Below are positions 47,156 to 60,684 of a stretch of 64,000 bases of DNA, piece by piece. Each line of letters opens with the position of its first letter. The stretch's first letter is position 1. Both the position numbers and the translations under genes were made by a program. Source of the stretch: Saccostrea cucullata (lineage: Eukaryota); contig NW_026938254.1 in the NCBI RefSeq assembly GCF_032062105.1, positions 248,001 to 312,000 of the forward strand. The letters run 5' to 3'. A model generated the notes under the pieces. That model ran no database searches and was not told the DNA's origin. It saw only the letters and a program-made list of their open reading frames with translations.

Positions 47156-47858
47156 CCTGGTACCTAGCATGGTGATTTATTACGGCACTGCCATTAATAC
47201 ACTTACTTGTATTTTGCAGCTTTTATAAAATTAATTATGTAGAAAATTCCTTATACATATACTAGTATTCCATTTATTTTGAAGAAGGGGTAAAGAACAT
47301 GTAAAATATAATTTTTGAGAGACTTAGACAATCTGCATGGGTATATATTTTTGTGTGCAATAAAAGAAAAAAACTCCAATATATTTATCTTATTTTCTTC
47401 ATTTATCTTTGAAAAATTTTAAAATGTAGTCGCAATATATCTTATTTCACCAAAGTATTACCAAGGTATAGTTTTAAAAATTATTTTATCAATTATTTTT
47501 ATTTCGATCGGGATCGGATAACATTTTCAAGCACCTCAATGACAATGATTGTGATTACAGAACGGAAAGTCGGTCAGGATTACAGTGATAGGCCTTGACA
47601 TTTACTGTTTATATTTTGATTTACTACGATACCTGCAATATTTCAAATATTTAAAGAGTATATTTCGATATTTTAGATTCAATATATATCTGCTATTCTT
47701 TGGGCTGGTGCAGTGGAATTGAATTTACAGGAAGCAAAAGTCCAGTGACACGTTCGTTGTACATGATTACATTGTTGTGTAACACTAGATTTGTTTTGAG
47801 GTTGTAGGGACTCGTAAATGTTAGAATTGAAGCCAATATCATCATTTGGTATTGAATT

Positions 47859-50800
47859 ATGTCGCTAGCGGTAAGATGTGGGATCAGAATTAGTGTTCGA
47901 AGTCTATCCGGGAAATCGCGCAGATCACTGGCCACTGCTGCAGGTATGTCCTAGTTTGGGATCATATTGGTTCAAGTTATGCTTGTTATGTTATGAAGTT
48001 AAAAAATTGAAGAAAAAATGAGTATATCAGCGCTGATTCATCCTTTTTATTTCAATGGATCAATTTACTGGTGTGTATTATATAATAAAATTATATAATA
48101 TCACGAATCCTGTCAAAATTTGTGAATTGTGTAATTATAAGTTGTTATACAATAGAAATAAATTGTCAACATGATCTATGCTTTTCATATAAATGCCAAT
48201 AAGGATTTAAAGTGTACTGTGTTATCCGTCATCGCTTTAACTATACGGTTAACATCATACCAAGCTTCCCTTGGTGTAGTGCTTTATATATATATATATT
48301 AAACAATGTTCCTTCAGTATTCAAACTGTGCTTATCTCCTTTATAGGTGGAGTTAGAAATCAAAACAAAAAGAAGGTTCTTAGTCAACTTGGGCAGTGTC
48401 AAAAATACAGACCTTTTCATGTGACCTCATCTCTGGAGTCCAAGGGAGGAAGAGAGAATGGAAATGGAGGGGAGACAGGGGGGCCAGATCAAGGGGGCAG
48501 TAGTTTCGGGGGAGAGGAACGTAGAGTCAGGCCTTGTTCAAATTGTGGAGGTGCCCTCAATATTGATTCCAGTGGTAAGTTCTTCTATGAAAACATCATT
48601 TGAATGTTTACATATCCATAAATTTGATTATACGTTTGATTTGATGAATGCTCTATTCTCTTATTTATTTTGGCTGTGGTGTATCCATGAGACATAATAT
48701 GATGCGTCAAAAGCATTTCTGTACTTCTCATCATGCTCATCAGAAGAAAACTTTTTAATTTATCATGATTATGATGAAGAATCGACTAATTTCTTCTTCT
48801 TCTGGCTTCTTCCCTTTGTGGAGTGTACTCAACTTGAGTTTCAATACTCCACGAGTTCCAGTAATAGCATATATTTATATTTTTTAAAAGCTGTCCACAT
48901 GTAAAGGTAGAATGAGTTACTCACTTGGAAAACTTTCCTTAAGAATATGTATAACTGTTGTTTGTGAATTTCTTTTTTTAAAAAAATAAGGTGCCTGATT
49001 AATGACATTATGATCGTACACATTTGCAAGTACAGTTATTGAGAAAATTATAGCATTTGTCCACAAACTTTATAGACAACCTTTATATTACAGTTTGATG
49101 TGTTTATATTTATTTGTTTCTTTAGTGATGATTAATGGATTTGTGAAATGTGACAACTGTAAACAGATGATCATGGTATCGGAGGAACAAGTTGACCAAG
49201 AGTTTATCAGAACAGAAGAAGAGGACAAGAGCAGTATACCAACCCCTAAAGAGGTAAGGTTCATTAAAAAGAAGCCCTTCATTTAGTACAGATGTCAACC
49301 ATAATTGTTGAGAAACTTAGCAAAAAAATCATTCTATGAATGCTTTACTCACTGATAAATGAAAACAGCAAGTGGAGCAAGACTAAATTTAACTTATTCT
49401 TTTCTTAACCATTATTTGGATTGATCTTTGGTAGTGTAAAACTATCAGCTAGACATTTCAACCAAAAGCCAAACTCGGTGAAAATGTCTTTGCAGTTAAT
49501 TAACTTATTTTCCAGGGCAAATAATGCAATGTCAGATCAAATTCAAAGTTGTCTTTATTATCTAATAAATGAAGTCTTTGAAAGTGTTCACCATCTTTTA
49601 ACTTTCATGATTGTTTTCATAGATCCATAGATTTCTGGATGAACATGTAATCGGTCAGGAACTGGCTAAGAAGAGCCTTTCTGTAGCTTCCTATAACCAC
49701 TATAAGAGGGTCCGCTGGTGTAAAACTAGCAGTCAGACATCTCAACCAAAAGCCAAACTCGGTGAAAATCTCTTTGCAGGTAAAGTTGATATAAAACTTC
49801 TGATTTCATTATCCTTAAAAGTAATATGTAATACTTGTAAGTGTGTAATGTATATAATTGTCAGTCAGATGATCTGTAAATATGAAAGGAAGATCTGAAA
49901 AAATGAATTCTGTGGATGATCAGTTGTCATTATTTATTAATATGTATTTATTTCATTGAGTATAGTGCAAATAATGAATGTATGTGTTTTATTGTTTATT
50001 TTTTCTCAGAGTCCTTGGAGGCAGCCATCAGAGGCCATTCCTCCAGTGCCCTGGGGTTCAATTCTCACCAAGAAGAGGAGAGTGACCCCCCAATGTTATC
50101 CCCAGAGACAGACTCTAAACCAATTACATTACAGAAAAGTAATGTCTTAATGCTAGGACCCACTGGCTCAGGTAATTAGTGACAATTTCTATAGTTTTGA
50201 CTGCTGTTAATTTTTTGCTTTATTTTTTATTATTTTTTTTTTTTTTTGTAAAATATATGCATTTGCAGAGAGACATTTATATGACTTGTATAGAAAGGTT
50301 GGTTTTATAGGAAAATGGAAAACAATGGAAAATGGAAAACAAATCAAAATATTCATTGAAATGAATTTACTAATGTTAATTCTTGTAAATGAATGAGGTT
50401 TACGGAAATAGTTTTTCCGCCTTTTTTTACTCAGGCAGTTATGTTATGCTGTTACGTCATTATGTTAACTTGAGCGCCTCTTTTAGTGCGCCTTTGAGCA
50501 ATTGATAACTACGAGCTACTTGTGCTATTCGCAAAACCCACCCACCCCCACCAGTAGTATTACTGCAGTCTGTATACTTGTATAATTTAGCACATATGGG
50601 AGGTTACATGTACATTCACATGTATGTTCTTTGTGTTTTTATTCTACTTTAAGTTGAGCTATTCACTGTGCATTGCAAATAAATCTTTGTACGCCCAGAC
50701 TCATCTTTTTTATATATATTGAAGTAAAAAATTAAATTTTATGGATTTGTCTCTGCTTGCTACTTTAGGGCAATGATTAAATGGGCATGTCTTTATATTT

Positions 50801-53800
50801 CAAAATCTTTCAAATTCAAGATGAGCTGATGCCATACATACAGTATAAGGTTAAAGTTTGTAAGCTCTAAGCAAGTCCATTCCCAAGTATAAGTAGTGAC
50901 CATACGTAATGGATGATGCATCTAGGTTCACATATTCTCAGATCTGCTTAAGATGCTGCAACTGATCTACATTTTCTAGATGATTGCATGTTAAGTTTTT
51001 GAGCAGGACTATTTGTCATAGAGATTCAACCAAGACTAAACTTGCTTGGATTTTGAATCTAGGGATGCACAATACAACAACATTAAAAAATTTTAGTTTG
51101 AGACTTCCATAACTTATAGAAAATAAATCTAGATGAGCTTGATAATCTTTTATATCTTTTGTTTTTAGGGAAAACTTTATTGGTGAAGAAGTTGGCAGAG
51201 TGTCTGGACGTTCCGTTTGCGATGTGTGATTGTACGTCTATCACGGCTGCTGGTTACGTCGGAGAAGATGTGGAGTCCGTCATCTACAGACTACTGGAGA
51301 ATGCAGACTTCGATGTTGAAAAATGTCAACAAGGTTAAACTGACTTTTAATGATGAAAGAGTTCTTAATGCAATGTCAACAAACATTCCTGGCAATAATG
51401 AATTAAAAGAAATATTTGAGTTTTTAGGTCATGTAAGTCACTCAAAAATATGGGACTGAAATGTATGAAAACTTCCTGTCCTAGTTTGAATTTTTAAGTT
51501 TCTTCAAATGATGGCCCACAGGGGCAGGGTGGGCTGCAGTTGTGATAAAAAATTTACAAAGGATAAAAAAAATGAAAAAAAACTTTTCCTAAAGAACTCC
51601 AAAGCCATGATTAATCATAAAACTAGGTATGATAAAGTAGATTAGAACTTGAATAATGTGTAATGTACTCCAGATGAAACTGCTTGTATTCAATTTTTGC
51701 AGTTCATATTTTAGATGGATATTATACAGTAATTAAAAAATAATACAACATCTTGTAGGTATTGTGTATCTTGATGAAGTGGACAAGATCAGAAGCATTG
51801 TGCCTGGAAATTCCTCAAGGGGCATTAACTCCTCCCGAGATGTAGGTGGAGAGGGTGTACAACAAGCTTTCCTCAAACTCCTGGAATCTAACGTCGTCAG
51901 TGTCACTGATAAAATGGGGAAGAGAAATGCACATGAGACCACCTACCAAGTGGACACCACTAACATTCTATTTATAGCCTCAGGGGCATTTACTGGTATC
52001 TCAGAAATTATACATGGCAGAACCAATCAAAAGGTGAGAGCAGTGTGATCAATGGGAAGAAGAATCTCCAAATATCGAGATTCAGAGTGGGTTGAAATCT
52101 TGAGCCAGAGATGAATACCACCACCACAAGGGGCTTAATTGTTTGTTGTTTCGTTTCAGTGAATTATATGTATATGTGGTTTTATGACTGTATATGTTGT
52201 TTTGGATTTATCCATATGGCTTTGACACTTGTAGGCATTGTTGACCATTGGCTTTTTGTTTTACTTGAATGACCTGGATTTTCCCCCAAACATATGTTTT
52301 ACATATTACCCAAGTTGTACATTTTGTAACATAGAGAAGCCTTTAACTTCTATTTTTGTTTTTGTTTCAGAGTTTTGGCTTTGGTAATCATGATGATAAA
52401 TCTATTCTGATGGAAGAGGAGGAGAGAAAACTCTCTGACATAGAACAGTTAAACCTGAAGTATGATAGACTTCTGAGTGAGGTGGAGACCAGTGATGTGG
52501 TCAAGTTTGGACTGATTCCCGAATTTGTGGGCCGGTTCCACATAGTGGTATCCTTACACAGTCTTAATGAGGATCACCTAGTGAAAATCTTAACAGAAAC
52601 TAAAAACTCTCTTATAGCACAGAAGGAATTCCTGTTGTCTTATGATGAGGTATTACAGTTATATTACATGTAATCTCATTAAATTTACAATAACTTTTGA
52701 AGATATGACTGCCTGGCAGCAAGTTTTAGTATTAGTGAAGTGAATGATAAGCTAATAGATTTTCATAGTGTTGAGCTAATTATATTTCTATTGTGCTGAG
52801 CTAAAGGTATTTCCCAGGTGTTGATCTAAAGGTATTTCCCTGGTGTTGATCTAATGGTATTTCCCTGGTGTTGATCTAATGGTATTTCCATGGTGCTGAG
52901 CTAATTATATTTCCATGGTGCTGAGCTAATTGTATTTCAAAGAGCCTATTTTGATGGATTTCTTATTTTTTTCAGTGCCAGCTGATTTTTACAGATAGTG
53001 CTCTAAGAGCCATAGCACAAAAAGCCATAAAGAAGAAAACAGGAGCCAGAGGCATTCATCACATACTGGTTAGTTTCCTTAAACTACTTACACTAAACTC
53101 AGTTAACCTAAAGTCAGAGGAATCTGTGAATTTTATTCAATTCCCTAAATCCATTTAATATGTAGCCAATTCACAATATACATACACAGTACCGGGTAAA
53201 ACTCAGTTATAACAAAGTCACTGGGCCCTATTTCGCTATATCTGTTCTTCGTTGTATCCGTATATTTAGCTGGGGATCCAAGATTACTTCGCTATATCCG
53301 TGAATTCGCAATATCTGTGTTCATAGTAAACAAGTTTTACTGTATAGTTTTCCTTCAAGTATGAATACGAATATGTTTTAGAAAGTATAAAATAAAAATC
53401 TTACTTAAGAGCACTTACATTTTTTGATAGATTCAATTTGAAATATAAATACTAAGGTACCTGTAAGGGATACAGAAATACTCTCTTAATCCATAAAGTT
53501 GATATACATGTGTAAGAATTCATTACAATGTACATGTATAAGAGTTATGCCCCTTTACTCTTAGATACAGTATTTTTGTGAAAAACAGAACGTTTATATA
53601 TATATATAGAATTAACTTTTAAAAAAAGAATGTTATGAATAAAAATATTATGAATATGAGAATATAAAAAGGTAAAATATAGTTGATGTCATCATTTAGT
53701 TGACACACAAAAAGGTGATTACCGTCTCATAAAAAGAGACTTGCTTGCCTCATTGAATCGAGAAATTTTGACCTGAGAAACTTAAGATTGATTTCTTTTG

Positions 53801-54219
53801 GCCTCACTGAAAAATTTTACAATGATTGTAAAAAAGTTTGCCTGGGCAGTGGGCATCTAAAAAACTTCACTATATATCTGTAACTTTACTGATTTGTGTT
53901 TGTACTAAACAGGTTTAACTGTATATCAGCAAAAATAAACTCAAGTTACATGTATGTACATCATCTTAACCTAAGCATCTGTTATTTGGATTAATTTTTC
54001 TATAAAATAAATTCCTTCTATTTTTCTCACCAACTCATTTCTATTCAAAAGGAGGAGGTGTTGTTGACCCCTATGTATGAGGTACCCAGTATGCCTGATG
54101 TGGAGAAGGTCATCATTACTGCAGACACCGTAAACAAAAAGGAACCACCCACCTACATACGACGGGAGAACATAGAGGAACCGATTCAGAGGCCCATCCA
54201 AGCCACCGGACTAGCATGA
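47859..54219 (+). CDS. CLPX: Mitochondrial ATP-dependent Clp protease ATP-binding subunit ClpX-like, 10 exons
   Basis: Exons 47859-47943 (Arg/Ser-rich presequence), 48347-48574 (CSNC), 49126-49253 (CDNC, PTPKE), 49623-49779 ([14 protein letters not shown]), 50010-50171 ([13 protein letters not shown]), 51169-51333 ([12 protein letters not shown]), 51759-52033 ([24 protein letters not shown]), 52371-52649 ([10 protein letters not shown]), 52976-53068 (TGARG) and 54052-54219. Confidence 0.92.
52768..52938 (+). repeat. 26-bp minisatellite in CLPX intron 8
   Basis: ggtgttgatctaatggtatttccct repeated about 6-7 times. Confidence 0.85.
53187..53344. mobile_element. Degenerate mariner-type MITE
   Basis: cagta..gtaaaactcagttataacaa ... 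aaacaagttttactgta, with internal ttcgctata repeats. Confidence 0.45.
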
Positions 54220-55322
54220 GGGCATCCTGGTGTTTATTTATTGCTTCAGATCCAGTGAGAAAGATTTTATAAAGACGACAATGGAGGAAAAAATGACTGT
54301 GAAAATAAGCGAGATTTTTTGTGATGATTGATTCAAGGAAAAAAAAATAACTGTATAAGAAAAGACTGTGAGTGAGGGAAATGGGGAAAAGTTTTTTATG
54401 CTAATTTGTCATTAGGTTTATGTTGGCACACACACATACATATAAAATCTTCTGGGTTTACAAAAACACCAGTGTTATGCTCAATTTTCATATTCTTATT
54501 GAATTTGTGGTAATTAAGGTAACTGAACAGACACCATTGGTTATCCCTTACAAAATTTTGTGTTTTTATGTTACTGTTTTAGTGAAAATACTGAGGGGAT
54601 TATGATATTGTTTATTTTAATGATGTATTTTTTGCACTTCCATAAAGCTAAATACATGTATGAATACCTCTTCCTAAAATAATTTGAAATAATTATTAAC
54701 TGACTAGTTTTGTTAATTTTACAAAATGGCATCATTTACTTGTTAGATGCATTTATCCATATTAAAAGGATTTAAGAATTATATTTTTGTGAAGTTTATT
54801 TTTTAGCATTTTAATTTTTTTTAAAACCACATTTTAAGGTCCTTGTACCAAACATCACACTGTGACATACAATATAACGCGTTTCTTTAGCAGGTACAAA
54901 ATTTGGCATTGGCTAGCAGAATGGTATGCCAATAATTTTGGCAAAACTTTTTTTTTGGCAGACACACAGTTCGATGACTTTGTATAAGAAAGAAAGTTCA
55001 AAGTTAATCTTTTAGATGAGTTTTCGGTGTGCTTAATCTACGTTAGATGCTGATTCACACAAGAGTTTGAGTAAACCTAATATCAGATGAGAGATAAATT
55101 GTTCAACAACATACAGTTATAAAGTTAACTTTTTTCATGTAAATTTTATACACAAGGGAGCCAACTTAGAGATCAAAATTTTAGCAGACTGCTTCAAAAC
55201 TGGTAAAATAAGCCAAAATATCTCCCTGCTAAATATTCCAGAAAAAAACGGTATATGATATTCAAGCTTTCAATGCAAGAAACCACCCATCCAAATAAAC
55301 AAAAAAAAATGTTTAGTTTTAA

Positions 55323-56149
55323 TCATAAAATATCAAGTGTAAGAAAATTTTGTAAAATTGATGGACATTTAAGTTGTTCCAATTTCATTTCCACATGAAC
55401 ACCATCCATTTGACTCCTAATTGTCTTTCTACACAGATGTTTTAGACACATGGGATCGTAGGTACAATTTAGAATATGTTCATGTAAAGAGCTTGAACTA
55501 GGCTGTGAAAATGACCTAATCCAGCACTGGTCATTCTGTAGATTGTACCCTGCCTCTAATAACAATGAAACGTTGTCTGCATCATTTTGACTCGTCAGAG
55601 TTTGTAATGGTGTACCTTTTCCAACCAAGGCAACATTGTTTGAAATGCAACCAGCTCGAATGAGGGCTCGAGTTAAATTTTTATCGCCGTGAATACAAGC
55701 GTAGTGGAGCGCAGAACAATGGAGTAAGTCCACCTGGTGGACATTCGCGCCATTTTCAATCAAAAGTTTGACCATGTCGCAGTTTCTAGCGAAGGCAGCA
55801 CGCAGAAGCGGTGTCGTCTGCTCTTTGTCCACGTGGTTGACGTCAGCTCCGTGTTTGATGAGATATGCCGCCACCTGATACTGGTTGCCAAGACAAGCCC
55901 AGTGTAGAGGCGTCCGCCCCTGACAGGGGTCACTGAAATTTACTGACGTCCCAATATCTATCAAATATCTAACGATTTCCATGTGCCCTTCGTTCGCTGC
56001 AGCGCCAAGCGCGCTGGCGCCCTCCCACCGCAAAGGATGGTGCGTGACGACATGTTTATCCACTCCTCCCGAAATCAACTGTTGCACCTCGTTCTTATTT
56101 CCATTGAAGATGGCTTCAAATATGAGAGAATGTGGATCTTTTCTCCTTT
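55323..56149 (-). CDS. Ankyrin repeat and SOCS box (ASB-like) protein, main exon; N-terminal exon(s) unresolved
   Basis: About 5-6 ankyrin repeats (GRTPLHWAC, TTPLLRAA, SALHYAC) and a C-terminal SOCS box (PMCLKHLCRKTIR..LKCPSILQNFL). Acceptor ttgtag at 56150. Confidence 0.9.
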
Positions 56150-57581
56150 CTACAAAACAAGGAAATAAAACTTTTTTTAAAAAAATATATAAAACGTTAA
56201 AAAAATGTAATTACTAATTTAGGCGCGCTCAGAGATAATATTTGCTAGAAAACCTTCAAGATATTTTTTTTACATTCATCATATTCGGCGTGTTTACTTT
56301 ATGAGTAAGGGAAAAATGTTTTGACTACGATCCACCCTGAAATACGGCTGAGCGAAATGCATAAAATTACACAATTGATATTTAAAAACACGTCATGCAC
56401 TGACTGCACTTGGTAACTTGGTGTAGCTTTAACAGGGAAATGGATATTTAAAAGGATTCGTAATGGCATTGATTACTACATCTATTTATGGTCTAACAGA
56501 AAATGGGCAAAACATCTTCAAAATCATACGAACTCGATCAATTGTGTTAATTTCTTGGATTACGTTGATTTTGAAAATTTGTGAACTGAAACATCTGTAA
56601 TGGATAAGGATTCTTTTGTTAGTTCCGATACTAATTCTGTTCAATGTACTATTCTTTTCCTGTAGATAAGGAAGCCTAACATTTTCTGTGTCACGTCTTT
56701 GAAAAGTGTCCAAGGTATATGTGTGTTGTTTAATATTTCCACTTAATTACATGTACTTGGTATAACCCCCCCCCCCCCCCCGGAAAATTATACGACAGCA
56801 ACTTACCAGTTTTACTGTCCTCATTAAAAATATCTGAATCACAAATTTTAACAGAATCAATTATTCGTTACTTTATCTTTGTTGACATTTGTTTGTTGAG
56901 ATTTACTTCAACGTGTTCAAGTGTTGGTCAGTAACCTTTCCCTGATTTAGTTCTCTTTTATATGAAAAGAAAGGTTAAAAACGTCAAGCGTCTATGTTTT
57001 ACAATCGTTTAACCAGTGTTATCAAAGATAACGTATATAAGGTACTCACCGAATTGTCTTGTGAACCTGTCGGTGTACAACTGTCCATTAACAACGTTTA
57101 ACCAATACATACTTGTCTATCATCTTACTGTGCCATGTGTTTTGTAACTTTAAAACCACGTGATTTCTTTGTTTCCCTAGTACAAATATATCGCATACGT
57201 AACGCGCTAAACATAAACACATGAAATTATGCATGAATTCAATGTTCCATAAAGTAGCTAGCATGTCCCAGAAAGAAACCAGATACCAACATCGGTAATG
57301 ACAGGCGCGAGTGTCAATGAATATAACTTTCTACGACATATAAATATTGCTGCTTCCATTCATGTTCTTCGTTCATCCAATAAGAGCCTCTCGGCAAGCT
57401 GAGATCGAGAAAACAAATCAAAACCCCTTTCCAAAGAAGACCCCGGTGGGTCACAACACTCACCTGTATCACCTCCAGGCACATTTGAATGTTTATTACC
57501 CGAACTCACACTATATCTGGAAGGGGGGGGGGAAGATTTTTTTTTTAAACATCCCCCCCCTCCCCTTTATTGTGGACGTAG

Positions 57582-59031
57582 AGCTCACCTGAGTTGAAAG
57601 CTCAAGTGAGCTTTGTATATATATTCTTTGTCAAAAAAAAAAACTGCGTCTAAAATATTACAATGTACTAATTTTGTGTCCGTCTGTCTGTAAACTTTTC
57701 ACATTTTCGACTTCTTCTGAAAAGAAATTTATTTTGCCATTTTGGGTGGCCAATTTCAACCAAACTTGCCACAAAGTATCCTTGGGTGAAGGGGATTCAG
57801 GAAATTTTTGCTTTTTCAAATGAAGGGCCACGCCCTCATTGCAAGGGGAGATACTTCTTTATGCTTTGGGAATTAATGAAAATTTGGTGGTAAATTCATT
57901 TTACTTTCTTTTAAATTTACAGTTTCTTAAAAATCTTCTTCAATCAGAACCACTGTGCCAGGAAAGATGAAACTGATGGGGAAGCATGCTCAGGTAGTGT
58001 AGATTCTAATTTGTTCAAATCATGACCTCCGGGGGTAGGGCGGGGCCAAAATGGCCGACCAAAGTTTAACATAGAAATATATAGGAAAATTCTTTAAAAA
58101 AATCTTCTTCTTAAGAATGACAAAGCCAAATTCATCATATTTATATGGAAGCATCCTCAGGTAGTGTAGATTCAAATTTTTTTTCAAATCATGACCCCCG
58201 GGTGTAGGGCGGGGCCAAAATGACCGACCAAAGTTTTACATAGAAATATATAAAAAATTCTTTAAAAATCTTCTTCTCAAGATTGACAAAGCCATAATTC
58301 ATCATATTCATATGGAAGCATGCTCAGGTAGTGTAGATTCAAGTTTGTTCAAATCATGACCCCCGGGTGTAGGGTGGGGCCAAAATGGCCGACCAAAGTT
58401 TAACATAGAAATATATTGGAAAATTCTTTTAAAATCTTCTCAAGAATAACAAAGCCATAATTGATCATATTTATATAGAAGTATCCTCAGGTAGTGTGGA
58501 TTCAAGTTTGTTCAAATCATGACCCCCGGGGGTAGGGCGGGGCTAAAATGGCCGATCAAATTTTTACATAGAAATATATAGGAAAATTCTTTTAAAATCT
58601 TCTTCTCAAGAATGACAAAGCCATAATTCATCATATTTATATGGAAGCATGCTCAGGTAGTGTAGATTCAATTTTGTTCAAATCATGACCCCCGGGGTTA
58701 GGGCGGGGCCAAAATGGCCGACCAAAGTTTAACATAGAAATATATAGGAAAATTCTTTAAAAAAATCTTCTTCTTAAGAATGACAAAGCCAAATTCATCA
58801 TATTTATATGGAAGCATCCTCAGGTAGTGTAGATTCAATTTTTTTTCAAATCATGACCACCAGGGGTAGGGCGGGGCCAAAATGGCAGACCAAATTTTTT
58901 CAAGATATTATATAGGAAAATTCTTTAAAAATCATTTGCTAAAAAATAACAAATCCGATTGGTCATGGGACTACTTTTGGATTTAAACTCTACAATAAAA
59001 AGCCATTTTCTACTTTTTCCTACCCTTAGTG

Positions 59032-59065
<34 letters not shown>
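57582..59065 (-). mobile_element. Helitron-N2-like element carrying ~6 tandem 163-167-bp Cg170/HindIII-like satellite units
   Basis: Ends agctcacctgagttgaaagctcaagtgagc and gctcaggtgagcgatgtggcccatgggcctcttgt. The motif caggtagtg recurs at 57991, 58158, 58325, 58488, 58654 and 58821. Confidence 0.88.
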
Positions 59066-60319
59066 ATTCTTGTTTTTCCCAACACTACCTTTACTATAGA
59101 AAATGTCCATTTTAAAGATGGTCCCCCCCCACTTTTAACCACAGTATATTTATAGGAAGGAAATATAGGAAAAAATTGGAAGTGAATTAAGGAAGTTGGC
59201 CTTGAAAAAAGTTGGCCACTACACCCCCACCCCACCCCGAAATAGGATTTTCGAGGTTGGGCAATTTTTAATTTTCCTAATAAATTTTTTTTTTTGCATG
59301 TAAACTTTTTTTTAGGTAAGTAAAAAAAAATTTCCCAGGTTGGACCCCCCCCCCCACTTTCAAAAAACGATGCAACGTGCCTGACCTCTGCCCTGTTGTT
59401 TCCCTCTAAAATCCCAAGGCCGTAATTTGAATGTAACCCGTAATATTACCCGAACTCACACTATATCTGGAAGTCTGTAATCAATTATCTTTTGTGGTCA
59501 ATGGTTCTTGAGAAGATTTTTTTTTTAAAACACCCACCCTAATTTAATTTACCTTTTTTGTGATTATCTCCCGTTTATTGTGGACGTAGAGCTCTGCAGC
59601 TTTCCGGAAAAAAAAATTGTCAGACCGGAGAGCAACAGTGCCACCCATTGAAAAAGTGTATATATATTCTTTGCGTATAAAAAAAAACAAAAAAAAAACT
59701 GCAGTCTAAAATATTACAATGTACTAATTTTGTGTCTCTAGCATATTCTTTCACTTTTTCCACAACAAAACATTCCCTATAACCATTGTTTCAAGCTCTC
59801 TCTGGGCCTGAAAATTCGAAATTTATTTTGCCATTTTGGGTGGCAAGATAATTCGGAATCAAACGTGCTTCTTGCAGATGTCAACTATACTAGATGATAG
59901 AGGCGTTCTAAGGAAATTTTGAAAATCAAGCTTTTGTGCAGTTGGGGTAAGAAATTAATTCAGAACCGAGCGCAACTCTTATATATTATTGGTGGCATTG
60001 TAGCTCTCTGATCGTCCATCCCATTTTTTTTCCCGACCAGTGAGCTACAGATCTGCAGCTAGTGTGTTTCATTGTAAAACGTGACAACTTCAACTTTTCA
60101 ATATACATATTAATTATCACTTTCATATTATGGAGTTTATTTGAACAATTTCCAAAACGAGGTAAGTTATTGACAAAAAAGTAGATGACACAGGGATATC
60201 AAAAGTTTCGTCTAAAGTCATAAGTTCTAGGGTCGATACAATATTACCCTTTCAGCAATTACACTCTCTCTAATTAAGTCAAATGCATATTCTGATGGAC
60301 ATTTTTCATACTAAATGTT

Positions 60320-60627
60320 GTCGCCCGCGTGGCGCAGTGGCCAGAGCGTCTGCTCTGAAGCCGCGAAGTAAGGAGTTGATCCTTACGTCGCGGGTTCGAA
60401 TCCCACTGTGGGACGTGGTGACCGGCCCTTCGAATGAGACCGTATAAACCGAGGTCCCGTGTTGCAGTAGGTTCTGGCACGAAAAAGATCCCTCCCTGCT
60501 CAATGGCCCTAAGTGCCGAGTATATTATACAGTATAGGACAAAATTTGGAGCTCTTCACCGGCAAGTGGTGGCGTCTTCATATGAGTGAAAAATTCTCGA
60601 GAGGGACTTTAAACAATATACAATCAA
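60320..60627 (+). mobile_element. tRNA-derived SINE (Meta-domain-like core, (caat)n tail) with a 14-bp TSD
   Basis: A box tggcgcagtgg, B box ggttcgaatccc, core gagaccgtataaaccgaggtcccgtgt..ggcacgaaaaagatccc. TSD tcatactaaatgtt at 60306-60319 and 60628-60641. Confidence 0.9.
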
Positions 60628-60684
60628 TCATACTAAATGTTAGACAATTATTTACACACTGAATTGTCTACTGTTTATTCCCTT

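Noticed and set aside
56806-57136. Candidate first coding exons of the ASB gene
   Set aside because: The candidate ATG exons end in phase 0 or 2, while the main acceptor at 56149 needs phase 1. Unresolved without transcripts.
60320-60410. Functional tRNA gene
   Set aside because: It continues into a SINE core and tail and is flanked by a TSD; no clean acceptor stem or Pol III terminator.
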